A stretch of 63,053 nt of DNA, the filler included, from Platydemus manokwari (taxonomy: Eukaryota), in the NCBI GenBank assembly GCA_037951405.1. It is 6 parts of 6 records of this genome, joined end to end, with 100 filler letters (N's around TTAATTAATTAA, not from the genome) between each part and the next. Parts side by side here need not be neighbours in the genome. Positions count along the whole stretch, not along the records: positions 19,767 to 32,473 come from JBBMOY010007793.1; positions 32,574 to 43,238 come from JBBMOY011114663.1; 4 more parts are not named here. One strand, given 5' to 3'. Each line of letters starts with the position of its first letter. Position 1 is the stretch's first letter. Shown here one piece after another: positions 27,371 to 39,891 of this stretch. The notes under the pieces were generated by a model. That model was not told the DNA's origin. It made no database searches and was given only the letters and a program-made list of their open reading frames with translations. A program made the position numbers and the translations under genes.

Positions 27371-28948
27371 ATGTCTACGAAAAAATTATGCACTTTCTTC
27401 AACAATATTCTTTCGATCGAGAAATTAAAGCCAAAGAATGAAGAAATTCGTGAATGTTTGAAAAGACTGATAAATGGAGCAGATAACAAAGAAATGTTTC
27501 TTAATAAACTCAGACAACTTGGGTTGCCAAATCCATTTATTGATATGTTAGAAACGAATTTGGATTCATTTATTTCGGACCTAAAAATGGGAAAAGAGAC
27601 TATCAATAATATCGATTTTGGAAAAAGTGTTGGCATCAATATTCAGACTGTCGACCAGTCATCCACAAAAATTAAAATACCAACCATCAATCAAGACATA
27701 AAGAAACCCGCAATATGTATATCAATGGTGAATAGTTGTCCAATTCAAGGAAAACCAATCCATCTTCAAGTTATAAATGACAAAAAAATTCCAAACAAAC
27801 GCCCACAAGATTCCAACCGGCTCGATATTAGGCCGATAAAAATTTTGAAAACTTATTCCAATCAAATTGAAAGTAAAAACGTAAATTTTTTGAAAGAAAA
27901 AAAAACATTAAATTCCAACAACATCATAAAAATCGTTCCAAATGATAAAATTCCACCGAAAAATTTGAAAGTAGTATCGATAAAAAATGTGACGGGTCAA
28001 AACACATGTGCAAACACCACCGCACCAAAATTACAGGTGACAGGAAAATCATTGATTCCAGAAATGAAAATCGGACCCATGTTGCCAGTGACAGGAATTA
28101 GTAGATCAATGATCTCGAAAATGAAAACAGACACAACAGGAATCAGTAAATTACCAGAAATAAAACTTTCAAAACAAAACATTGTGAACACAAAACCATT
28201 GAAAACAATAGAAAACGAAATACACGATAACATCAATTCTTTGATTGATTATAACAAGAATAGAAATGAAAACTGTAATGAAATAAATAATAAATCATCA
28301 GAAATTAAGGAAACAGAAAATGATTGCAGTGTTAAGGACTCAAACGACAATGGCATTGATGGAACCGAAAATATTATTAATAAATTCACATTCGATAAAC
28401 TTTTAGAACAATATTCGACACAAATGTCTGATGATGGTTTTAAATATTTAAATGAAGCCGTAGCATTGTTCACGGAAATAATGTTGACACAATGTGCTTA
28501 TTATGCATGCCACCGATATCAATGCAAAGACATTTTCAATTCAGATAATAAAGCATTATCGAAAACGAGTGACGTTCGATCGCAAATGGTGAAGTTGAAG
28601 CAAATTCTCAATTATCAAAATGCTGAAAGTGAAAGACAAGAAAAGGAAAAGATCTATAAGGAAAAACAAAACAATAAAGAATTTGAACAACAAGAACGGG
28701 ATAGAATTAGAGAAATGTTGAAACAAAATAAGAATAATATTTATAGCATGCAGAAAATTAATCAGACCAACAGAGAAACTCTGCGAGCATTTAAAAATAT
28801 TAAACGACAGGAACCATTGACGAAACCGGTGAAAACTGTAACAACCAAGAGAATTTCAGTGAGAGATCTTTATGTTGTATACAGGAAGCGAAAAGACAGA
28901 TTTAATTTTACTGGCCTTTCTAAGCTACTGGAGCTCATCAAGAATTGA
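27371..28948 (+). CDS. TAF4: TAF4-like TFIID subunit, divergent, intronless, about 525 aa
   Basis: N-terminal TAFH/NHR1-like domain (KKLCTFFNNIL..IRECLKRLING..EMFLNKL), low-complexity linker, histone-fold region (YLNEAVALFTEIML..HR..SDVRSQM) and C-terminal TKRISVRDL resembling TAF4 TRVNLRDL. First ATG is 27371. Confidence 0.78.
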   Translation: MSTKKLCTFFNNILSIEKLKPKNEEIRECLKRLINGADNKEMFLNKLRQLGLPNPFIDMLETNLDSFISDLKMGKETINNIDFGKSVGINIQTVDQSSTKIKIPTINQDIKKPAICISMVNSCPIQGKPIHLQVINDKKIPNKRPQDSNRLDIRPIKILKTYSNQIESKNVNFLKEKKTLNSNNIIKIVPNDKIPPKNLKVVSIKNVTGQNTCANTTAPKLQVTGKSLIPEMKIGPMLPVTGISRSMISKMKTDTTGISKLPEIKLSKQNIVNTKPLKTIENEIHDNINSLIDYNKNRNENCNEINNKSSEIKETENDCSVKDSNDNGIDGTENIINKFTFDKLLEQYSTQMSDDGFKYLNEAVALFTEIMLTQCAYYACHRYQCKDIFNSDNKALSKTSDVRSQMVKLKQILNYQNAESERQEKEKIYKEKQNNKEFEQQERDRIREMLKQNKNNIYSMQKINQTNRETLRAFKNIKRQEPLTKPVKTVTTKRISVRDLYVVYRKRKDRFNFTGLSKLLELIKN

Positions 28949-29711
28949 TTAGATTTTTATATATAATTAAACGATAAAGTTTTCTTGTTGTATAAAAATG
29001 TATTTCGAAGCTTGATAAAAAATGCCAACATTAAAAAAGAATTTGTCAAATAAAGTTCATACATAAAAATCCATACGTGGATAAATTGAGCAAAAAATCT
29101 TAAAAAATCTAATTCAAAAACATAAGCTGTTATTATTTGATTATATTTTATATATCTATCAAAAATATAATTAATAGGAAAAGGTTGCTTAAACAAAATA
29201 AACTCTAGTAACAAAATTATGAAATTTATTTTCTTGGTTAGTTAAAGAATAATAAATTAAACATTGTGGTCGTAAATAATTAAAGTTATTTTTAATTTGA
29301 AGTTATCCACATCCTCAAATGGCCTGTAAATTCAATGAATATTTCACACTTATGTTTAGTTGCTTTTCGTTGTTCCATACATTTATTTTTCATTTTAGTT
29401 TAAACAGAAGTTTGATAAAATTTCGTTACCATAGGAGTTTATTAGTTTATTGAAATGATAAAGTATAAATGATAAGTATTATTAATGCTTTGTAAATTGG
29501 TATTTACATTGAATTATGAATACGATCACACCAAGACGTGAGGATTTTAAATAATTTTTAAATGATAATTTGATTAGAAAATTTATAAAAAAGTAAAAAA
29601 TATCAAAAAATGTAGCTTGAATATTTTGAATGTTATAATTAGATTTTTGGCTGTTGAATTACTTGAATTGTTTTCAATTCATTTTTAATGTGATTGTGGA
29701 GTACCCTATAA

Positions 29712-29802
29712 CAGAGGTGGCCAACTTTCGACTTTTCATTTGAATAACATCTCACCCCATCGACTAAAATTGGCCTCAAGATCGACCGGTTAGCCACTCC
29801 TG
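29712..29802. mobile_element. hAT (Buster/Charlie-type) MITE, 91 bp
   Basis: TIRs CAGAGGTGGCCAAC / GTTAGCCACTCCTG; 8-bp TSD CCCTATAA / CCTTATAA with central TA. Confidence 0.85.
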
Positions 29803-29839
29803 CCTTATAATAAAGACTTTTTCAACACCTTTTCAAATA

Positions 29840-30730
29840 TCCTCAAAAAAAGAAATTATTATCATTTTTGTTTAAAAAAGCTATGAATTGTTTTGACAAT
29901 AATAGAAGATTGGGTGAATTTTTGATGTAAAAACTTTTCAACTTTTCATCAACTATATTTTTCGATTTTTTTCAAGAATATTGCAGAAATGTTTTGATTT
30001 TTAAAGCATGCCGCCATTTACTGGTTTTCACTACTAATTATTTCGATAATTACTTTTAATTTCACGATTTTTTTCTTTCATTTTCAAATTCCTTTCAATA
30101 AAATAAACAGTTTGCTGCAGTTTTAAATTTCAATAAATCTTCGATCATTTTGGGATTTGGTGGTTTCCAGTCTCACAAAAAAGTGATTCCGACAATATTG
30201 ACAATCTTTTCTCTTTGATAATGGTATAAAAATGTATCAATTGTATACCTTTTAACCTTAGCTGACAATTTTATGTAACAATCTATTAGAAGAAATTTTC
30301 AAAGTTAAAAAGTATAAAAGCATATACAAATTGTGTAGGATTATTACAGTGAATGTTATGATTTTTGAAATTCTTTGAAATTAAACCCATTAAGAAAGTT
30401 AAAAAATTAAACATAAATTTCTTTTTCTTTGATTTTAGCCACTATTTCCAATAAATTCATCATATCTCATTGATTTGCTTGTTCTATCTAAAGGGCTTTG
30501 AAGTAATCTTAATGAATCTATGAATCATGTACAACCATAATCAAATGGAATATAAATTTCATCAATATCAATTTTTCCTGGTTTATTTTAGACATAGATA
30601 ATTCTTTTATTATTGAAATGAAATTTATATTTAGATCAATTGTGAAATTGAAGTTCAAATCCCATCTAAAGATTATTTTCTATAATATAGATCTTTGATG
30701 GAAATTCATCTGGTTTGGTAGAGAGAACAT
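29840..30730 (-). pseudogene. Possible decayed multi-exon gene fragment of unknown family
   Basis: Protein-like segments, some bounded by AG/GT, carrying isolated in-frame stops: DVLSTKPDEFPSKIYIIENNL*MGFELQF, KPGKIDIDEIYIPFDYG, IEQANQ*DMMNLLEIVAKIKEKEIY, DWKPPNPKMIEDLLKFKTAANCLFY*KEFENERKNREIK. Confidence 0.3.
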
Positions 30731-31446
30731 CTAAAATGACGAATCCGTTATTAAAATTAAAGTCAAAATAGTATTCAATAAGATATTTGAGTTTAAATCC
30801 TCGAAACACAATATAATTAATAATAATAATAATTTATTTATAGCAGTGAGTAGACTATCTTTACCGGATTTATTTTATTTATTGATTTATTTATTGATGA
30901 GAACTCACCCTGTTTTGTATTCATTTAGTTTTGAAACTCAGTGGATTTTCAAATATTATGAACATATTTTTACGGATATTTTAACGAGTTAACACATCTT
31001 TTGTCTCAAGCCATTTTGTTTTAATAAATATAGTCGATGAATTTTCGCTCAATTATATCTTTTTTAATATTCATTCGATTTGAATGTGAAGTTCATATGA
31101 ATCGAACCACAACCGTTTTTGCTATAACGTTTGAAAATTTGAACAAAATCTCAAACCAAAGAAAAACATTAAGCAAAAGTTTTTTAATGTTACACATAAA
31201 TCGGAATTTTTATTGAAAAATGTTAGGTCTCTATACATTTATTCTATTATTGATGTAAAACCATTCATAGCCATTTTTTAAAAATTAAATTGATATTATA
31301 TTTTAACATCATATTTTAATATTTTACTATTTTTTTACTCGAGGAAGACGTAAGGATGTTGAAATAACGTTTTTTCATTTATAGTATGTGCCGTCATTTA
31401 AAGGTCTTTGGTTCTATTGCTTTCTTCAAAGTGAAACAATGAAACG

Positions 31447-31447
<1 letters not shown>

Positions 31448-31490
<43 letters not shown>
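31448..31490. repeat. (AAT)n microsatellite
   Basis: Directly visible, about 14 units. Confidence 0.95.
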
Positions 31491-31491
<1 letters not shown>

Positions 31492-32169
31492 GGAGCATAA
31501 ATAACGATGAAATAAGAAATACGTAAAAAATATTTGTTATTATTTATCGAATGAAGATAAATTCAAATGAAAATGAAAATTTGTTATCCCTTTCTCATAA
31601 AGAAAAGTCAGTTGATGATGCTCTTAACGAGAGCAAAAAATGTTAATGCAGTTTCGTAAGAAGTCGTCACTCGCTTATTATAACATCTGGGCCAAATATG
31701 CGAAATTTCTCAGAAAACTCAGTCACCGTTCATTTATTCTTATATATATCGATTACTCTCAAAACATGCGTTCTTGTGATATATGTAATACTAATATGAC
31801 TTATTGTCGATTTGTTTATCCAAACTCATTGAAACAATTTCTTGTGAAATCCGACTTATTTTATTCTCACGTTTTTCATAATCAATAGATAAGCTGTTGG
31901 ATGAACAATGTTCTTCATTGTCGATAAGAGTAAATCTATTTTCAATGTGACCCGATCATTATCAAAGCTTGTTCAGTGAAATGATTCTAGGAGATAAAAC
32001 AGGTTATTCTAAGCAAAGAGGAATACGAAAAATATCGTTGTGAATATTACTGATAAAGTAAATTTATTTCTCAACGAGTTGTCGTTTATTGAACTTTTCA
32101 ATCCGTTTATACAAATGATGATCTTTTTGTAAATAAATACGAATAACATTGAAGAAATCAAATACGAAC

Positions 32170-32430
32170 AAGTGAATGTGAGACAAGTAAATATCATTGA
32201 TGATGTTAGTAACAGCTACTTCGCTTGAGATTGATATTTCAACAAAACAAGTTATTATTACGATTTTCTTTAATTTTATTTAATTACAACACTTAAAACA
32301 ATTTTTTAAACAAATTATAATTCCATTTCTAGGGAGTTTCAATATCAATCTTGATCAGGTATAGGTAAATAAAAATATTTAAATAATTTTCTAATTATCT
32401 TATTTTATACAATAAATTTTAAAACACTTT
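32170..32430. repeat. Interspersed repeat, copy 2 (homologous to 4196-4440)
   Basis: Collinear similarity with 4196-4440, same orientation. Confidence 0.7.
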
Positions 32431-35019
32431 GTTATTGTTAAAATTTATGATCTTAATCACAAAATCAACAAGTNNNNNNNNNNNNNNNNNNNNNNNNNNN
32501 NNNNNNNNNNNNNNNNNTTAATTAATTAANNNNNNNNNNNNNNNNNNNNNNNNNNNNNNNNNNNNNNNNNNNNTTCGTACCTTGTTTAAATTTCTTATTG
32601 TATCCACCATAGAGGAATGGGTAGAGTAACGCATTGCAAAATGCAACGGTGTTAGTGATGTAAATAACCGTATGATGATAATAGGAAAGCTGAAATTAAA
32701 AAGAAACAATATCAAATATTTTGTTTTAATTTAATATCTAATGGATGTTTCAGGAATAGAATGGAAATATTCTAATTGATTTAAACAAGAAAATATTCTT
32801 GTGATTTTTTTAATGATTTTTAATTTAAATAAATATTACAGATTAAATCATCCGATGATATCTACGGAATTGATCATGTGGTTGATGATAATTGCAGTCT
32901 AGTAATTCTAAATGATTTCAGAAAGTATATTCTAATGTGAAGAAGTGGTTGTCAATCTCATGAGGGCAAGCTTAGTACACCGATGAGAGCTGTTTCGAAA
33001 TAAATTTCTCCTCAATTTCATTTGAGTGATTCAATTCACTCATGGTGCTGTTTAATATCGCAAATACTCCGTTAATTGATCAAGTGAATAATGAGCAATA
33101 TTCAATTTAAAATTAAAAATGAGTGCAAACTGTAAAACTTAATTTTTCCAATTTAAAATTCCAATTTAAATTAAAATGAATTTTTCTTTTTTTATTAAAT
33201 TTAAATTATGAACTAATTTTTAACATTTTACTTCGTGGTATGATTTTACTTGCAGCAGAAAATAGTAGAATCGACCAAGAATGGGGAATCTTTCAAGAAG
33301 AAGTGAGAAAGCACATGTTTTTAAAGAATAGGAAGTCATTAAGCAAAATTTATTGGCCATGAAATAATAAAACTTGGTATTTGTTTTACTAGTCAACGCG
33401 AAAGTAAGCTTGACAATTTGGACTTATAATGGCAATACCATTGATGTTCCAAAAATGTATATTATAAAATCATATTACTTGTAAATAAAAGTTATTACTG
33501 TGTTCACAGTGGCTCTTCATTTTATTGCCTCGAGATCAATGAAATATAATTAAATAAAATATTGATCAATTAAATATAATCTTAAACTAGTGAATGAACA
33601 TATTATAAGCCACAATACTACGAAAATTGGATATATTTTTATCCAACAACTGATCATTTTGTATTACTGCCCATCCGATAATGTTTGTTTGGAATTCGGA
33701 CTAGTTCCATAGATAAAATAAAATGAGAAAAAAACCCATTTTATTCGGATACTGATGCCAATCAAAAACAGGAGTTATTTCAATGACCACTAAATAAAGA
33801 AGCAACAGCCATACGCCTGATCTCAGATGTGTACGAGCATCGCCAAAAAGGATTTAAAATAATAAATCAAAACAAGTGATACACGAAAATAGTCGACGTT
33901 ATACAATGAATCTCTGAACGAATATTGATAAAAAGAATGTTTGATTTAAAAATCAATTTTTAACAGAAATTTGTGCTACATTTTTACTCGTTAGAAGGAA
34001 ATGTCAAAGGTGAAAACTAATCTTATTCTCAAATACAGCTTGAACGTAAGTTTGAAATTTTATTTTGATAATTATTTTAATAAATTTGTTGCCAATACAT
34101 TGGATTCCCAAAAATTATATCAACAAAAATAATTTTGATTTTATAATTAGAATAAATAACCCATTATGGTAATATGATGAATGTCAATGAATCAAATACA
34201 GAATGTAATAATTTCTGCCAATGCCCTCTGGCCTTATATTAGTGAATTAAAAGGCGACATGAAATCGTCTTAAAATATAAATAGGGTTTATTAGTTCTTA
34301 GAATAATTATTTTTCATTACTCTAGGTCATCCAAGTCGAGTGATTGAATTATAATTCTTAAAAAGTTTATTCTCAACGAGCAGATCAATGCTTAAATTCT
34401 CACTCTTTATGGATGAACAAGTTGTCAGAGTTCTAATTATAATAAAATTTAAATAAATGAAATAAAGCCATGTTAGTTGTTATTCCTAATAAGTTTAGAA
34501 GAATTCAAACTCAACTGTACCTATTCTTATCCTGACTCATTATGAATTTAAAAACAAAACATTTTGTTATAGTAAAAACATCAGTTTTTTCCATCAAAAT
34601 TTATTTTATTTAAAAATCATACGCGTTTTCTCGAATATTTAAACAAATTTAAGATTTGCTAACTGTTATAAAGATGCATTTATTATTACACTTTATAATT
34701 AATTGTGTCGATACGATTTCTTTTGGAAGAATAACCAATAAAATTGAATTGAATTTAAATTAAATGATTGTGTGTTCAGATTCAACTAAGGCAAGCGTTA
34801 TAAACTGATGGTTCAATCATTAAACCCTTATAGCACTCACAGTAATAAGTTACCATTGTCGAATTTTCATCTCATAAAAAATAGGATATTAGGTTTTGGA
34901 TTTCTTTAAAATATTTTTTATTCAAAGGACACCTAATAATCTTATTGTTACTACCAAATTGAACTATGTAGAAGATCACTCTGTTTTAATATTGTTTATG
35001 AGGGCGTTTAAATTGTCTA

Positions 35020-35240
35020 TGACAACCTACCGGTAGTTTTCAAAAACTTGGTTACACATGGAATGATCTGCACATGTGGATAACCATGTCCACGTTTATG
35101 TTCAAATTTATATGTAAAAGTATTTGAATGTTAATAATTTAAATTTACAAGAGTTTATTCAAAGATTCCAGTGATAGTTTTTTTAAGCCTCTTTCTTGGA
35201 ACTTCAAAATATAAGGCGGTGCTCCCACCTTTGAACTTTT
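35020..35240 (-). mobile_element. Possible Helitron Rep remnant
   Basis: Minus-strand peptides YILKFQERGL and YKFEHKRGHGYPHVQII resemble the Helitron Rep motif (Y.IEFQKRGLPHAH). Short and unconfirmed. Confidence 0.3.
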
Positions 35241-35855
35241 GAATCTTATTCATTTCCAAAATTATTTAACTTTGTAGTTCATCGAAATAATAAACAATAT
35301 TATTATCATTATTATTATCATTATTATTTTCATTATTATTATTAATTTAAATTATATATTAATACATTTAATTTATATTAATATAAGATTTAGAATTATC
35401 GTGATAAAGTTCTGATAATTATTTTGTTTAACTATGTTTTGTTTGAAAAACTATCTTAAATATTGCAAACTGGGTGTCATGTTACCTTGTCTGACAAGAT
35501 TTCGAACTGAATTTTTTCTTTGAATGTTCACAAATATGATAAAATAATTCAAATTTTTATTAAAACTGTTTTGCAACAAATTATCAAAACGATATATTTG
35601 TAACTCGCATCAATTTAAGTAGTCAAATCGATATTCTGGTACATTTATCAAACCGAATAAATAAATTCAATTCAGTATAATTGAAATAACCTGACTATAG
35701 AAAAAGCTTATCGAAAAAGGATAGAATTTTAAATTATTTTGGGCATCAGAAATTAAGAAGTGAAAAGTAATATAAATAAAATAAAATTTAATATTAGATT
35801 ATAATGAAACAAAAACATAATTATGTATGGCTAAAATTTTAAAAAATAATAATAT

Positions 35856-36790
35856 TATTGAAGTTCCTAATTAAGTAATTTTGAATAATAAAACCAGCAT
35901 TAAAATCTTTATATTTTTCTAAACCGGTAAAATAATTATTAATTTTGAAGAGCCCATATTAATTAAAAATAGTTAATAAATCAAGAAATTTAATGAGAAA
36001 TAATGAATGATTAGAGTTAAAATTTAAAGTTTTAAGATAAAAATAAATAAAAAAAATCAAAATGGAAGAATAATTTCTAAAATAAAAGTATTATTTCTCA
36101 AAATAAATATTAAAATAAAAGAATAGCTAAATAAATAATAAAAAATATTTATTTAAATCAAAAGATATAAATATTAAATAATTTTCTAAGGAAGTTATTG
36201 ATTAGATTAAGTAGTTTACTGTGTATATCAACACAGCAGAAGAGAATTTTGCAGCAACTGTTGTTAGAAAAATTTAGTATAAAAACACAGGCTGTCAAGA
36301 AGCAAGAAATTGTTAAATTTTTTTTTTTCGAGGAATCAGTTTATTTTCTTTATTATTTTAAGTAGAGTTGGTAATATTCGAGGAAGTTTGATCCCGGATA
36401 TTATTATAATATAAAATGTATTGCGTTATATTCGAGGTTTGTATCCCCCAATATCAGTATAGTAGAAAAGTGCAGCATATTGTGTATACGCGCAATTGTT
36501 TTAAAGTCAGTAAGGCCAGGAGCAGTTCCTCGGTCAGTATTTGCAAATTTGTACACGGTAATGTTCCGTTTTATTATTACACTACTATTTAATGTTTTGG
36601 CCCTTGGTTGTAATTTTATTAAATGATGTATTTGATGTTGGGTGCAATGTTTTGGTGGTTGTTAAACTGTTATTGGTTTACTTAATTATTTGGCGCTTTA
36701 CTCTAAAGGTACTCATCCTATGGGGGCTTCAACACCTGGTATTGAGAACCAAGATGTCGGAAAATAAATTTGATATATTAAGCTGAAGCA
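35856..36790 (+). mobile_element. Probable 5' LTR plus PBS remnant of an LTR retrotransposon (left boundary uncertain)
   Basis: TATAAAA near 36278; terminus GGGCTTCAACA (ends 36734), 2 nt spacer, PBS-like TGGTATTGAGAACC, then an ATG. TATTGAAGTTCC at 35856 is an imperfect inverted match to the terminus. Confidence 0.45.
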
Positions 36791-37866
36791 CAGAGAATAC
36801 CTTGGCTCTCTGGGCCTAAAGAAAAGTAGATGATGTTTCGAGATTCACAATTATTATTTATAATTAATAAAAAACTGTGGGTTATCAAATATGTATTTAC
36901 GAAAACGGATAACAATTAATTAATTAAACAAATAAACAACAAGGTTTGAGTCAATACCTCGTACCTCGCCTCAGCGATTAACGAGAAATCAGGTGTCGGA
37001 TGGAAAATTAATAAAGATGCAGAGAAAATTTCGATAACTTAATTATTATTACTATTATTATTATAAAATTTAAAATTTATAAAATTTATGAGTGATAGTC
37101 AATACGAAAAATCTATCTCTTACTAATTTCGTCCACTGGGACACCGATTTCGAAAATGTGAAGATAGTTTCTGCTGTACTCCCGTGAATCTCCTGTTGAA
37201 CGTTTCTTTTTCGATGGCTATACGATACAACAAAAATAATTCCGGATCAGATATGCTTGAATTATACTTCACCTTCGACTTTTTTCAAGATCTTCTTTTC
37301 TTAACTGCAGTCACTTTCTTCGGTAAGATAATGAATCTTCGCACTGACTATCGGAATGATAATTGATAATTGTGATTCGTTTGACGACTTTGCAATATCT
37401 CAGCGATCAGTTGGTGGGTGGTGATACTACGATCAGCGCCGTTATTTATACTTGGTGATCGCGTCCACCCACCTATACGGCTCTTCATGTCGATCATTTT
37501 TTAATGAATTTTTCACACGTTTCGTGCGAATAATTAATGACTTCAATGTACTTAATAATTACTTTTATTTTGTTTATTATCTTTTATCTAACTTTTATTA
37601 TTTATTATTATTATTTATTATAATCATATCCCTATTAATTATTATTTATTCAATTCTTTATCTTTCTTTTTATTCCTAATTAATTTCATTATTTATTTGT
37701 TTTAATCTTTTCTCTGTATCTCCATCATTCACCGAACTTTTACACAACAAAAATAAGACCAATTAAATAATATTGAATAACGTATAGTAATAAAAGCGTT
37801 AACAACAATAAGACAACAGTCTATTAAAAGCAAAAATCAAATCAGCTTTATAATCAATTGTCAATC

Positions 37867-37924
37867 GTTTATTTTGGAGAATAAATTGTTTATTTTGGAG
37901 AATAAATGGTTTATTTTGGAGAAT
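37867..37924. repeat. 21-bp tandem repeat, about 2.8 units
   Basis: GTTTATTTTGGAGAATAAAT(T/G) repeated head to tail; each unit is internally palindromic (TTTATT/AATAAA). Confidence 0.9.
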
Positions 37925-38119
37925 TGGCTTGCAGCAGATCAGTCCACACTTTTAGGAAACATTTTAAGGCGCATATTTAATAGTTTACAGGGTAATAATT
38001 TATATGGGGTTTTTATGTGTCAACAATCTAATTCAATCTAAATGGAGTTTCGGGAGTTTTTATATGGTGGTAAATCTAAATGGGGTTTAGGGAATTTTAT
38101 ATGGTTTGTTTTTATATGT

Positions 38120-38460
38120 TTTATGTGTGGTGCTATCCCAACAGTTTCAAAGATTATGCAATCATTACAAATGATTTATCAGAGAATACGCATTAAATAC
38201 TGCTCCGTTATATGCGATTATGACTAGAAGGGAGAAGAAATTGGAATGAAATATAGAATGTTAGAAAATTTTTGTAAACTTTAAGGTACAGTTATGCACA
38301 GCTCTGATTTTAGCCTTTCCGGATCCAAACAAAAAGATGATTGAAGATACCGGCGCTAGTTACGAAGCGATAGGAAGGCTTCTAAGCCAGCTGGATAACA
38401 ATGGAAAAAACAGAGTAGTAGCCCATGGTTCTAAAAGTCCTCAGTTCAAAACATAGTCTG
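38120..38460 (+). mobile_element. Ty3/Gypsy pol remnant (RT connection plus RNase H), pseudogenised
   Basis: LCNHYK*FIREYALNTAPLYAIM..KKLE*NIEC*KIF..LCTALILAFPDPNKKMIEDTGASYEAIGRLLSQLDNNGKNRVVAHGSK matches the Gypsy pattern GLCNYYRRFI..APL..W..C..APILAFPD..DTDAS..AIGAVLSQ..RVIAYGS. Confidence 0.9.
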
Positions 38461-39891
38461 CAAACTTATCCGGATTCAATTTCGAATTGATGGTTGAAAG
38501 AAGCGAAATGTCAAACGTTCATTGGATAAAACTAATGACATAATTTCACGAGAAGTTGTGCCATATAGATAATAAAAAATTAGTCGACTACATTCAAAAG
38601 ATTTACTTCTGCCCAAATATGTTACGAAGAATGGAACACAAAGTACCGAATTTTGATATTTGTGCTGGACAGAAGGTATACACTGAAGAGACAAAAGAAA
38701 ATATGATTCCAAGAGAAGAGTTTGTTCTTCTGGAACAGATCGTTCTTGATCTTGAGCTTTTTGTGGAATTTATGACTAAAAGGTATAGCGAAGTTAGAGA
38801 AAAATTAATTTTGTTTTAATTTTGACAGAAACGGGTGTGATTTTTAAATAAATCAATTTTAATGGAAGCAACTGATGTTCACACTTTATAAACTTTATTT
38901 GATATATTAATTTTCAAAAATTATTATATCTGCTAACATAAATAATAAGCATTTTCGAGCCACATGTGATCCTTTATGTGTAGATATTAAAAAATTTTAT
39001 CATTTCAATATAATTATAAAAAGTATTTCAAGATAAAATAAAAAATTGTAAAATGAGTTCAATTATTATTATCATTTTACTTCAGTAAATAACACGAGAT
39101 TTTCGAATATTAAAACAGATCCAAAATCTAAGATTTTTCTAACTTATATTTCTAGCTTATTTTTCTGTTACCATCACGTCCTTTCAACCAAGCCATTTAC
39201 CTGGTGTTGGTATGGGTAGGTAGGTAAATTCTTTCTTTATTCCAAAACGTCTCGCAATTCTTTAATTAATTTTCACACTAAGATTTAGGTCCAATCAGTG
39301 AGCATTGATTTTTGAGAACCAAACATTTTGGAATACTAGTATAGCCTTGTCGAATAAGTGGTACTAAGATTACGCGCCTGCACGTATCAAAATTCATTTC
39401 TCAATCATTTCATTTAAAACAGCTTCTGTCAAAATTTGAATTCTTGACAGGATTGCTTGAGCCATATCTTAACAGCATTTCAAATGCAAAAGGTAGTTCC
39501 TCTTGATTAAATAAGGCAATACCTTTGGTTGTTTGAAACCATTTTCATCATCTTGGATTGAAATATCGATGAATGACTATTTCATAATCAATAACTTCTG
39601 AGAATATTTGGACATATTAGCAAAGGTTTTCTGCTACTATTCTCGTTTGGCTCTCCTAAGAGCATTTATTTCGACGTGGTTGCCAGTAAAAAATATTGGT
39701 AGTTTCCATCAAAATTTAAATTTACTTCATTCAATAGAATATTCAATAATACAACAAATCAGGATAATATGGATATTCCAATTATTAAAACAAAACAAAT
39801 ATCTAAGATTTATCTATTTTCTCCAAGGTAAAATCGGATAAAATAATAAATAACTGGTGATATAACATCAATATCACAAAATCAATTTCAG

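Noticed and set aside
27319-28473. Minus-strand ORFs overlapping TAF4-like (and 54590-54880, 57231-57530 overlapping DRC2)
   Set aside because: Antisense shadows of real coding exons.
37867-37924. Palindromic 21-bp repeats as a CRISPR array
   Set aside because: No spacers, only about 3 units, no cas genes, eukaryotic context.
39053-39850. Exact 5' exon structure of the SLC18-like gene
   Set aside because: Candidate ATG (39053) and splice sites exist, but I could not assemble a stop-free, phase-consistent model.
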